From positions 62,001-126,000 of the forward strand of contig CAXGAI010000009.1 of the NCBI GenBank assembly GCA_964007735.1: a stretch of 64,000 nucleotides of DNA, given 5' to 3'. This document shows, in pieces, positions 28,401 through 37,108 of this stretch. Under the pieces are notes generated by a model. The model searched no databases. It had not been told where the DNA came from and saw only the letters and a program-made list of their open reading frames with translations. The DNA comes from an uncultured Rhodopirellula sp. (GTDB lineage Bacteria; Planctomycetota; Planctomycetia; Pirellulales; Pirellulaceae). The position numbers and the translations under genes are program-made. How positions within the stretch are numbered: position 1 is the stretch's first letter; each line of letters opens with the position of its first letter.

Positions 28401-29062
28401 CTGTCATCATTTAGAAATGCGAGAATCTGCTCAGGTGCTGGTGGCAATCCAATCAAATCGTAATAGGCACGGCGAATTAAGGTGCGTTTATCTGCCGCAG
28501 CACTGGGCTGCATATGATTCGACTCCAACTGAGATAATACATATCGATCGACGTTGTTGATGACCCAATCTGTTTGCCTCACTTTGGGCGCCGCTTGCAC
28601 AACAGGTTTTTTAAACGACCAGAATTCTGCCGCTTTGGCATAATCAATGGAGTTACGAGTGATCACCTGACCGCCTTGGCGAGGATCGACCGCACCGTTT
28701 TTGATCCATGTCTCAAAGTCTTTAATAATTCCGTCGGGCAACCTGCCTTTGGGAGGCATCTCGAAAGACTCATATTTCATTGCACTTAGCAATAAACTCT
28801 CCTCAGGCTTGCCCGGCACAACACCTGCTCCTGAATCTCCTCCCTGACGAATCGCCTTGCGGCTATCAAGTAAATATCCGCCCTTTACTGCATCACTGTC
28901 GAGACTGTGACAGGAATAACAGTGCTGAACCAAAACAGGCCGGATCTTGGTTTCAAAAAATTCCACCTGAACCGGATCTAGGTTTTCTTCTGCCTGAAGT
29001 GTGCTTAACAGCACGGTGAAGAAAAATATGAGAGTAGAGACTACATTGATCGCGCGTGACAT
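25475..29062 (-). CDS. Planctomycete cytochrome c / DUF1549 / DUF1553 protein with NPCBM-like insert
   Basis: FFETKIRPVL..CYSCH, YGERWGRYWLDVARY, CARCHDHKYDP, NPLTARVMVNRIW, PTHPELLD; insert GIGMHANALVTFDL. Confidence 0.93.
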   Translation of the reverse strand: MSRAINVVSTLIFFFTVLLSTLQAEENLDPVQVEFFETKIRPVLVQHCYSCHSLDSDAVKGGYLLDSRKAIRQGGDSGAGVVPGKPEESLLLSAMKYESFEMPPKGRLPDGIIKDFETWIKNGAVDPRQGGQVITRNSIDYAKAAEFWSFKKPVVQAAPKVRQTDWVINNVDRYVLSQLESNHMQPSAAADKRTLIRRAYYDLIGLPPAPEQILAFLNDDSSNAFSKVVETLLASKHYGERWGRYWLDVARYGEDQAHTFKARKYPRGYLYRDWVVQSFNNDMPYNTFVKYQVAGDLIEDQKQHERLAALGLFALGPVYYAENVEKAKAAADEWDDRIDTVSRGVLGLTVSCARCHDHKYDPISTSDYYGLAGLFASTNYQERPVVSPEVVQSRAFKDQQVKDKELEINRVLAEVGRELRPSLTSEIPKYLVAGFKFLERQKVENAAKKNYESVLKDSGLSETLLKRWVAILQFKKPVQRGTRPQLADWYAWVDTLPQDTNQSANEMLLQKVSGLGLALQQQVESKLADRQKLFGLFGENVAFVKQEDVAKVRPGVIPLGNLFDDGKTVPLNGALASDALGAAAEPTDLGVLKTAFGWGERIHIGPDIDFDFVHLGADGNAYGKITNDAWLDKNGISTQGEAYRASGKRDEQGIGMHANALVTFDLDEIRKAGLFPQDQAFRFKVDRAGMNDDSLNSNASAHFAVIVSKPHKDKKVMDAILGGYVNGQEMQITYSDFTYYFTGVIPPEIKANGQFFDIDIEISSEAKYVTLVTAGAGKPDNNTISSDHGVWSGVRLEMNPLPKEALAEVEVSEEDLMNESLRQDATLLSLMLYEEGLLALPPNEVETRLEGAAKQQIMMLRDNHEQLKKEAESIQILQAHALSEGNAQDLPIYLAGDPGKKGAIAKRANLAIFTEGEKVPYEPQGSGRLEFANSITSEDNPLTARVMVNRIWAGHFGKGLVGTLSNFGTLGDRPTHPELLDYLAVEFMKNNWSMKHIHRLVMNSAVYQQSSEFNAQKFEADPDNKLLWRMNRRRLEVEPWRDGLLAVSGELQPEMGGPSVELDNAGNKRRTLYGFISRHRLNELLRLFDFPDPNITAAARPVTTVPLQQLFVLNSDFMMNRARALSARVRSEMAGTVEEKIQQVFELLYGRQPEEADVTLGKEFLEAVGAESSMENAWDQYALALLSANEFMFVD

Positions 29063-29496
29063 CGTTTGATTACGTATCCAATAAATCGGTAGTGCTAAAT
29101 ACGGGCATAGAATTTTATTATCCCATATGAAGCCAATGTTATGAAGGTGAATGAGAGTTTTCAATTTGCGGGAATTAAAACCTAATAATTACTCTTGATA
29201 GTCGAATCACCTATAATTCAACCATCCAAGCTCTCGTCTAAAGAAACAAGCATGCCCGATCATTGAAGATGAAACCATGTAGTACTTTAATGCTGTTAAA
29301 GAACAGGTCATGGGCACTGCTTCCAACCTGCTCGTCGAGGGTTAAATCAGGTTGGCTACGCAGGGAATGAAAATTCTGATCCATTCCGACATTTCAATTT
29401 CATCAAAACCTCAATTCAACCAAAGTTCGGCTGCTATCAAAGCAACTGGAGATTCTCTGGCTTTACATGACAAATGGTCGTGAGTATAAGAACTGC

Positions 29497-31263
29497 ATGA
29501 AGTCTTTTTTCTATTTAATCCCGTGGCTGTTAGTTCTTGGTTGCAACGAAAAGCAAGCTCCCATCGTGACTCCGCCTGCGGGGAAGAGCCTAACAGCAAA
29601 CACCGTTACCGAAGTCCTGCATGTATTCAATGATATCACCACTGATGTCGGGTTAGACTTTACTCACTATAACGGGATGACCGGTGAGCTTTTTCTACCT
29701 GAACTTATGGGAAGTGGAACCGTCCTATTCGATTTCGACAATGACGGGGACTTGGATATCTATTTGATCCAAAGCGCTCTGATGGGACAGGAAACATCTC
29801 TCGAAGATTCAATATTTCCTCCAAAAGCAATTCCTAAAGATCAACTCTTTCGAAATGATCTGACGATTAGCGAATCCGGTGAAGCCGTATTAACATTTGT
29901 CAACGTTACCATTGAATCCGGAATTAATGCACAAGGATATGGTATGGGTGGTGCAGTTACTGATTTCAATAAGGACGGGTGGATCGATCTCTATATCACC
30001 AACTGGGGTAAGAACCAACTTTGGAAAAACAACGGCGACGGAACTTTCTCTGACGTGACGTCCATCGCCGGAGTTGAGTCACAGCAATGGGGAACCAGTG
30101 TCGCGTTTGTCGACATCAACCAAGATGGCTGGGATGATCTTTTTGTTTCGAACTACATTACCTTCGGTTACGATACACATCGCCCATGTTACTTACCCAG
30201 CGGGGCGATTGGCTATTGCGGGCCCAAAAGTGGAGCCCCTGAACCAGACCGACTTTTCTTAAATCAAAAAGATGGCACGTTTAAAGACATCTCGGCAATC
30301 TCCGGTATCGCACAAGAACAGGAGGCTGGCCTGGGCGTCCTCATTCGCGACTTTAACAGCGACCTGTGGCCGGACATCTATGTTGCTAATGATGCGGGAC
30401 ACAATCATCTTTGGATCAATCAGCAAGATGAAACCTTTGTGGATGAAGCCTTAATCCGCGGATGCGCCTGTAATATCAACGGGCTCGCAGAAGGAAGCAT
30501 GGGAATCGATGCTGCGGATATCGACGGAGATGGTGATGAAGACCTGATAATCGGACACTGGGCTGATGAAACAAACACCGTTTATCTCAATCTCGGCAAC
30601 GGTTACTTTGAAGACGCGACTGACCAGTTCCATTTAGGTGTGCCGAGTATTGGCTACACCGCATTCGGAACAGCCTGGTTTGATTATGACAACGATGGGT
30701 GGCTCGATCTGTTCATGGCAAATGGAGCTACCAACTTTATAGAAGCACGGCAACGATTAGGAGAGAAGTACCCTCTCCAGGAACGCAACCAATTGTTTCG
30801 AAATATCGATGGTAAGTCATATGAAGATGTGACGACTGCGGCAGGAGCGTTATGTGAACCAATTGAAGTTACTCGCGGGGCTTCATTTGGAGATCTCGAT
30901 AACGATGGAGACACAGACATTCTGATCAGCAATAACAGCGGGCCGGCCCGGCTCTATTCCAATCAAATCGGCTCTAAGCAACACTGGCTTGGTATTACAT
31001 TGCAAACCGCCGAGAAGAGCACACCTACCTTGCAATGTCGTATCGATGTGAAGCTCCCGGACGATAGAACACTTACCAGAACACCTCGCACCGACGGAAG
31101 TTATTTATCGACAAATGACCCGCGCGTCCTGATCGGCCTCGGTCATTTGTCGGATAACGTGGCCTTGCGTATATACTGGCTGGACGGCTCCGTCGAATTG
31201 TTCAACGACATTCAGATCGATCAGTATGTGACATTAGTTAAGGGGGAAGGAACAGCGGAATGA
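29497..31263 (+). CDS. CRTAC1-family FG-GAP repeat / ASPIC-UnbV lipoprotein
   Basis: Lipobox LVLGC, repeated DFDNDGDLDIY / DxNxDGWxDL, C-terminal GSYLS...GLG. Confidence 0.92.
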   Translation: MKSFFYLIPWLLVLGCNEKQAPIVTPPAGKSLTANTVTEVLHVFNDITTDVGLDFTHYNGMTGELFLPELMGSGTVLFDFDNDGDLDIYLIQSALMGQETSLEDSIFPPKAIPKDQLFRNDLTISESGEAVLTFVNVTIESGINAQGYGMGGAVTDFNKDGWIDLYITNWGKNQLWKNNGDGTFSDVTSIAGVESQQWGTSVAFVDINQDGWDDLFVSNYITFGYDTHRPCYLPSGAIGYCGPKSGAPEPDRLFLNQKDGTFKDISAISGIAQEQEAGLGVLIRDFNSDLWPDIYVANDAGHNHLWINQQDETFVDEALIRGCACNINGLAEGSMGIDAADIDGDGDEDLIIGHWADETNTVYLNLGNGYFEDATDQFHLGVPSIGYTAFGTAWFDYDNDGWLDLFMANGATNFIEARQRLGEKYPLQERNQLFRNIDGKSYEDVTTAAGALCEPIEVTRGASFGDLDNDGDTDILISNNSGPARLYSNQIGSKQHWLGITLQTAEKSTPTLQCRIDVKLPDDRTLTRTPRTDGSYLSTNDPRVLIGLGHLSDNVALRIYWLDGSVELFNDIQIDQYVTLVKGEGTAE

Positions 31264-32831
31264 GAGGCACTATCTTCACGCTGATCTTCACGATCATTGG
31301 AACGCTTGGTTTAATCGCCGGCTGCAACAATCGTGCCTATGAAATTCCCGCCGGTGTGCAGCCCATCACGTTACCGGAACTGAGCAAACTGGATGCCGTG
31401 GCCCAAAGTAAAATCAAATTCGCCTGCACCTCCATTCTCCAAATCCAGGCCGGCGAAAAGGAGCTTCCACCTAAAGCTGATGATCTTGCCTCGCAATATG
31501 CGACTGTTGGGCAATTACTTCATGCCTATAGTTTCCTGAATGAAGCTGCCATCTGCTACAAAAATGCGATCATACTAGATCCGGACAACAACCTTCCCTG
31601 GAATTATCTACTGGCTCAGATCTATCTCGACACCCACGATACATCAGCTGCCATTAAATATCTCAGAGAAGCTGAACGCGTTTTTATCGCATTGAACAAG
31701 ACAACACCCGATCTCTTGCACGCTATCTATTACTACCTGGGAGATGCATACTTGTCTCTAAATCAACCGGAACAAGCGCAAATCGCATTTGAAAAGGCCT
31801 TGCAGATCAGAAACAACGCAATCGTTCACTGGGGTCTGGGAAAAATCGCTCTTGCTACGGACCCTGACACTTCCATCAAGCATCTGCAGAAGGCATTAAA
31901 GCTAAATCCAAATGCGCGTAATACGCATTACAGTCTCATGATGGCTTACAACAAAATTGGGAATAAACGACAGGCAACACTTCATAAAACCGCATTTGAA
32001 CAAGGAAGTACCGAACTCAGTATGCCAGATAAACTCATGCAAGCTGTTGAAGATCTGAGGGATTCGCCGGCTGCACTACGAGCTCGAGGAGACTCCGCCC
32101 TGTTTTTGTACGGTGATTACCCAACGGCAATTAAGCTCTATACCCTTGCGCTTAAGCACTCTCCAAATGACCCTTCACTTCATTTAAATCTGGGGCTCGC
32201 CAAATTCCGTACGGGATTAGTGCAAGCAGCCTCGGCTCATTTCAATGACACACTAGCAATCAATCCGACACACTCACGCGCGATGACTGGTTTAGGACTG
32301 ATTGCGCTCTCTCAAGACGACGTGGCCGGCGCCCTTTCACACCTTCAACGAGCCATTGAAATTGAACCTAATAGCCGAGAAATTCGGCAAACTTACGTCA
32401 ATACTCTGTTGCAAAACAATGATCCCGTGGGCGCTATAGAACACCTCCAACACATTATCGACCTTTTCCCGGCTGATCAAGCTGCAATGACTTTGCTCAT
32501 CTACTGTCAACTAACCGATAGGCGGTTTGCAGACGCGCAGAAACAGTTAGAAACCGGACTAAAGCTATTTCCGGAAGATCAAGCCTTGGCCTACTACGGC
32601 GTATATGCCTTTGCAGCTGGCGGGAAAACGCTGCGGAATATCTCACAAGCCTCAAAACTCTCAAATAAACTTGGGGGGGAGAGCCGTATTGTAGCCGACG
32701 GCTATGTCTTGGCGGGTCAGGGCAAGTTTACCGAAGCTGTTGCCTCAGAAGAACGACTGAAAGAACCTTTCAATCTTGGCCATTATTCCAAATCTATGCT
32801 CCCTCAAATCATCAAGTACGACGCACTATGA
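31260..32831 (+). CDS. TPR-repeat lipoprotein
   Basis: LIAGC lipobox; many YYLG/NLG...AL...P repeats; ATGA overlap with the upstream gene. Confidence 0.88.
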   Translation: MRGTIFTLIFTIIGTLGLIAGCNNRAYEIPAGVQPITLPELSKLDAVAQSKIKFACTSILQIQAGEKELPPKADDLASQYATVGQLLHAYSFLNEAAICYKNAIILDPDNNLPWNYLLAQIYLDTHDTSAAIKYLREAERVFIALNKTTPDLLHAIYYYLGDAYLSLNQPEQAQIAFEKALQIRNNAIVHWGLGKIALATDPDTSIKHLQKALKLNPNARNTHYSLMMAYNKIGNKRQATLHKTAFEQGSTELSMPDKLMQAVEDLRDSPAALRARGDSALFLYGDYPTAIKLYTLALKHSPNDPSLHLNLGLAKFRTGLVQAASAHFNDTLAINPTHSRAMTGLGLIALSQDDVAGALSHLQRAIEIEPNSREIRQTYVNTLLQNNDPVGAIEHLQHIIDLFPADQAAMTLLIYCQLTDRRFADAQKQLETGLKLFPEDQALAYYGVYAFAAGGKTLRNISQASKLSNKLGGESRIVADGYVLAGQGKFTEAVASEERLKEPFNLGHYSKSMLPQIIKYDAL

Positions 32832-34324
32832 AAATGACGCCTCACCAAATGTATCATCCATTTATCATGTTTCTATCTGTAAGTTTCTTCTTGGCCTTCT
32901 TAAGTACTTCGGCTGATCAAGTGGCTGCAAATAATTTGAAGCTTAAGCCAAATATCATTTTCATCATGGCGGATGATATGGGTTATGGGGATATCCAGGC
33001 ATACAACTCAAATTCAAAAATCGATACTCCAAATCTAAATCAACTGGCAACGCAGGGTATGCGGTTCACTGATGCTCATGCTCCCGCCGGACTTTGTGTC
33101 CAAACACGTTATGGGCTCTTAACGGGCCAATATCCATTTCGGACCACCCTCAAAGAACGGTCAGAGCCCTGTATTACCGAAAAACAATTAACTCTTCCGG
33201 GAATGCTCAAAAATGCCGGCTATGACACCGCAATGCTTGGAAAATGGCACCTGGGATTCGTCGGTGGTAAAGACAAAGAAGACTACTCTCAAGGCCTCCA
33301 TGGCGGACCGAAAGATCGTGGATTTGATTCCTTCTTTGGAATACCCGCCTCACTGGATATTCCACCTTATTATTGGATCCAAAACCGTAAGCCCTTAATG
33401 GCTCCGACGGAGACGATCGGAGACAATTTCAGTGACGGATGGACGAGAATTCAGGGAGCATTCTGGCGCAAGGGGCGAGTCGCTCCCGGATTTGTACACG
33501 CCGAGGTACTGCCAACAATATCACGACGAGCAAACTTTTACCTGGATAAGCGGGCACAATTACCGCAGGAAACCCGAAAACCCTTCTTTCTCTATTTGCC
33601 GCTCCCCGCTCCCCACACCCCCTGGCTTCCCAGTAAAAGGTTCACGGGAAAAAGCAATGCCAGTATGTATGGCGACTTTGTAATGATGGTGGACGACATG
33701 GTCGGCCAAATCATGAAACGACTCGAGCAACACAAAATGGCCGATGATACATTGCTCGTATTCACGAGCGACAACGGTCCGGTCTGGTATCCCGCCGACA
33801 CGGAGCGTCTGGGACATAGTAGCACGGGACCACTGCGAGGGATGAAGGCCGATTGTTACGAGGGCGGCCACCGCGTTCCATTTATCGTTCGCTGGCCAAA
33901 CCAAACACCTGCCAGTACGGTGAACGAACACCTGATCTGTCACACCGATATGCTGGCCACTCTGGCGGCATTGACCGGAGAACAAATCTCCGTCGGACAG
34001 GCTCAGGACAGCATCAATCAATCACCGTTGCTTTTCATGCCCCAACTGGACCAGCCGCCGCGGAACACACTTATCACTAGCAATAATCCGAAGTACTTCG
34101 GTGTTCGTATGGGGCAATGGAAAATGATTACGGGGCTGGGTAGCGGCGGCTTTACTCAACCAAGAGATCTCAAACCTAAAGAGGGAGGGCCCGCTGGTCA
34201 GCTGTTCAACCTTAGTGAAGATTTGTCTGAAACCAATAATCTCTGGCAGAAATATCCAGAAATTGTAGAACAGCTTGAGTCCATCCTTCGCAAAAGCAAA
34301 GAAGCTGGGAAGACGCAACCCTAA
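32828..34324 (+). CDS. Arylsulfatase-like S1 sulfatase
   Basis: KPNIIFIMADDMGYGD, CVQTRYGLLTG, GKWHLG, FTSDNG, YEGGHRVP. Confidence 0.92.
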   Translation: MKMTPHQMYHPFIMFLSVSFFLAFLSTSADQVAANNLKLKPNIIFIMADDMGYGDIQAYNSNSKIDTPNLNQLATQGMRFTDAHAPAGLCVQTRYGLLTGQYPFRTTLKERSEPCITEKQLTLPGMLKNAGYDTAMLGKWHLGFVGGKDKEDYSQGLHGGPKDRGFDSFFGIPASLDIPPYYWIQNRKPLMAPTETIGDNFSDGWTRIQGAFWRKGRVAPGFVHAEVLPTISRRANFYLDKRAQLPQETRKPFFLYLPLPAPHTPWLPSKRFTGKSNASMYGDFVMMVDDMVGQIMKRLEQHKMADDTLLVFTSDNGPVWYPADTERLGHSSTGPLRGMKADCYEGGHRVPFIVRWPNQTPASTVNEHLICHTDMLATLAALTGEQISVGQAQDSINQSPLLFMPQLDQPPRNTLITSNNPKYFGVRMGQWKMITGLGSGGFTQPRDLKPKEGGPAGQLFNLSEDLSETNNLWQKYPEIVEQLESILRKSKEAGKTQP

Positions 34325-35253
34325 TGAACGACCAGAACAAATCTCGTTCCGATGAACTACCTACTACGGAGCACGCCAAGGCAAGGGCCTTTCAGTTCTC
34401 GATCAAGAAAACATTGTTACTCATCTTGATTATCGCTATCGCTGCCAGCGGTTGGTTGTATATTCGCGAATCGACCAGACAAGCTGACCGCCGACAGATT
34501 CTCGATCAACCACAGGAAAATATTGAAGAAGCCGATCAAACAGACGACACCCACCCTCTCGACCCTGTCCTGAAGATCGCATATCAATCGATCAAGCAGA
34601 TGGAAGAAAACCTTGTCGACTATACGGCCGTCCTCTCGCGTCGGGAACGTGTTGGTGAGCAGGAAATGCCACCGAGTTCCATGGAAGTGAAGATTCGTAA
34701 TCCACGGAATGATCAAGCCTTCTCAATCTACGTAAAATTCATCAAGCCTGAAAATACGAAAGGACGAGAGGTCATTTGGGTGGACGGGCAGAATGACAAC
34801 AAAATTGTCGCGCATGAGGCTGGCTTGCTTGGCCTGCTTAAAGTTGTCCAGCCTCCTGACAGCTTTATTGCAATGGTCGGTAATCGCTACCCTGTCACCG
34901 AGACCGGGTTGCTAAGGCTCATGCGAAAACTCACCCAATACGGCTTACGAGATCGTAAACACGGGGATTGTGGTGTTGAGATTATTGAAAATATCACGGT
35001 GGCTGAGGTTAACTGCACTCGTTTGAGAATTGTACATCCGGAGAAACAGGAACCATTTACTTTCCATATCGCAGAAATCGATATCGATATGGAGAGAATG
35101 ATCCCTATTCGTTTGGCGACCTGGGATTGGCCTCTAGCCGAGCAGGAACCACCTTTGATCGAGGAATATACTTATCACAACATCAAACTAAATCCCGGAC
35201 TGAAAGATCTGGATTTTGATCCTGAGAACCCCGCTTATAACTATCCTGACTAA
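34324..35253 (+). CDS. DUF1571 domain protein
   Basis: DYTAVL.RRERV, FSIYVKF..P....GREVIWVDG, RYPVTETG, IEEYTY.NIKLNPGL.D.DFDP.NP.Y. Confidence 0.8.
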   Translation: MNDQNKSRSDELPTTEHAKARAFQFSIKKTLLLILIIAIAASGWLYIRESTRQADRRQILDQPQENIEEADQTDDTHPLDPVLKIAYQSIKQMEENLVDYTAVLSRRERVGEQEMPPSSMEVKIRNPRNDQAFSIYVKFIKPENTKGREVIWVDGQNDNKIVAHEAGLLGLLKVVQPPDSFIAMVGNRYPVTETGLLRLMRKLTQYGLRDRKHGDCGVEIIENITVAEVNCTRLRIVHPEKQEPFTFHIAEIDIDMERMIPIRLATWDWPLAEQEPPLIEEYTYHNIKLNPGLKDLDFDPENPAYNYPD

Positions 35254-35406
35254 AGGAACAGCTATTCCCGGAAACATTTATTCGTATGCTTACTAGACGG
35301 AAACAATTCACAGCCATGAGTCCACAAATTATATTAAAAGAGTGATTCGATGGTCGATTGGTTCTCATCCATATTCAGTTTTCTTTTTCTTCAGGCGAAA
35401 TTACTT

Positions 35407-36405
35407 ATGCCATACTTACGACTTATTCCAACCTTGCTGTTCGTATTCGCTTTGACCGGTTGTGGTTCCGATGAAATTGAAGTCTCTGAAGAACAATCTG
35501 CAGCACAAAAAAAAGTCGAAGAGCTCGGTGGTAACTGGACGGGCCGTGGAGCTATCTCTATTGACTTTAGTGCCACGCGAATGGCTGTGGAAAGCAAGAC
35601 TATTTCCGATGCTGATCTCTCCGTATTAGCCGAAGTTGAAAATCTTGAAATGCTGGATCTATCCGGCTCACCGATTTCAGATGCGGGAATTAAACACCTT
35701 GCCGGGCTAACCAAAGTCAATACGCTGAACATCACTGGAACACAGATTACCGGCGAAGGAATTCAGGCCATTATGGATTTACCACTGTTCCAAATTGCCT
35801 ACAAGAACTGTCCTGATGATGTCGCTGTTGCCATTGCTGATATCTCCTCGGTGAAAATTCTTCAACTGGATGGTTCGCAACTAACCAACCTCGGAATTGC
35901 GGCCTTAGCTGAACTCCCTGAACTACGGCAACTGATGATTTCTGGATCTCAGATTTCGGATGAAGGGTTGGCTACGCTTGGCAACCTCAAGAATCTTAAT
36001 GCGTTGGATATTAGCAATACAGCCGTGACCGACAAAGGAATTACCGTTTTGGGTGGATTATCCAACCTTAACTCGGTCAGCCTCTCAGGTACTCAAGTCA
36101 CTCAGGCTGGTGTCGACAAATTACAACAACTCCTTCCCGACACCTACATTGATTTTGAGAGTCAGGAATTCGGTGCTGGACAGGGTAGACCTGGCGGATT
36201 GGGTGGCCAGCCACAACTAAGCCGGGAGACAGCGGACGGCGACGCCCGAAAGAGCCCTTTTGATGCGATTACCAGCTTATTTTCAGGGGGTAGTGATGAA
36301 GACGCTACTCTGGAAGAAGAAGTGCCTGAAGAATCTGTAGAGGAAGAGGAAAAAGGTGGAGGAACTCTTGGTGCCATCTTCCGTTCACTCAATCCTATTG
36401 ACTAA
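35407..36405 (+). CDS. Leucine-rich repeat lipoprotein
   Basis: ALTGC lipobox; LxxLDLSGxxISDxG repeats; acidic low-complexity tail. Confidence 0.85.
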   Translation: MPYLRLIPTLLFVFALTGCGSDEIEVSEEQSAAQKKVEELGGNWTGRGAISIDFSATRMAVESKTISDADLSVLAEVENLEMLDLSGSPISDAGIKHLAGLTKVNTLNITGTQITGEGIQAIMDLPLFQIAYKNCPDDVAVAIADISSVKILQLDGSQLTNLGIAALAELPELRQLMISGSQISDEGLATLGNLKNLNALDISNTAVTDKGITVLGGLSNLNSVSLSGTQVTQAGVDKLQQLLPDTYIDFESQEFGAGQGRPGGLGGQPQLSRETADGDARKSPFDAITSLFSGGSDEDATLEEEVPEESVEEEEKGGGTLGAIFRSLNPID

Positions 36406-36427
36406 GTTGCTGGTGGGCTCACCACCT

Positions 36428-37108
36428 CTATTTCTTTTTTTTGCTAGCATACTCGGCCACAATTGCGGCTGCATTCTCATTGAAATAATCGCGGCAACCC
36501 GTACAACAAACGTAATACGTCTGGCCTTCAAAGTTGACAGGCATCGTTCCTTTTCCACCCGATACGATACAAACAACCTCCTGAACGCCCTTACCAAACA
36601 GACTCCCTTTGCGAGTAGCCCCCACTTCACCCAAGCGAGTATATAACGCATCAGAGATTTTACGTTCAAACGAAACAACCATTCGTTTTCCGGCTGCTAC
36701 TGTCCGGAAAGAAATACGCGAGGGTAGTGTCTGCTCGGTATTCATCAACACTAACTTGCCACTGTCATCACGATTTCCTCGTAGTTCGATTTTCTCACCA
36801 TCAGCGTTAAGACCTTGTGCGACATACGCGTCGTCTTCAAAAGACACCTTGAGCTCTTTAACGAATTTACCCTTCGGACTCTTATAGACCAACGCGGAAT
36901 TCTGTTTGCCAAACTTCCACTCCCAATGACTCTCTTCAATCCAACCACCCTGAGTTGAACCACGCTTGAGTTGTCCAACACCTTTCCATTGCCCAATCAG
37001 TTCCTGGATTTCCTGAAGTTCTAATGGAGGTTTTATTTTCTCAATTCCAAATACTTGGGACTGGGAAAATGCTGTTAAAAGTACGAGCCAAAGAGTGAGT
37101 TGTTTCAT
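36428..37108 (-). CDS. Secreted protein with C-terminal YHS-like Cys domain
   Basis: Signal peptide; CIVSGG...FEGQTYYVCCTGC...F. Confidence 0.7.
   Translation of the reverse strand: MKQLTLWLVLLTAFSQSQVFGIEKIKPPLELQEIQELIGQWKGVGQLKRGSTQGGWIEESHWEWKFGKQNSALVYKSPKGKFVKELKVSFEDDAYVAQGLNADGEKIELRGNRDDSGKLVLMNTEQTLPSRISFRTVAAGKRMVVSFERKISDALYTRLGEVGATRKGSLFGKGVQEVVCIVSGGKGTMPVNFEGQTYYVCCTGCRDYFNENAAAIVAEYASKKKK

Noticed and set aside
22571..29204. Shared 10-mer TTGATAGTCG upstream of -10 boxes (22571-80 minus, 29195-204 plus)
   Set aside because: Only two copies, at different spacings; compatible with chance
33560..34021. 153-aa minus-strand ORF, and the many other 60-130-aa nested ORFs
   Set aside because: Shadow frames of well-supported genes
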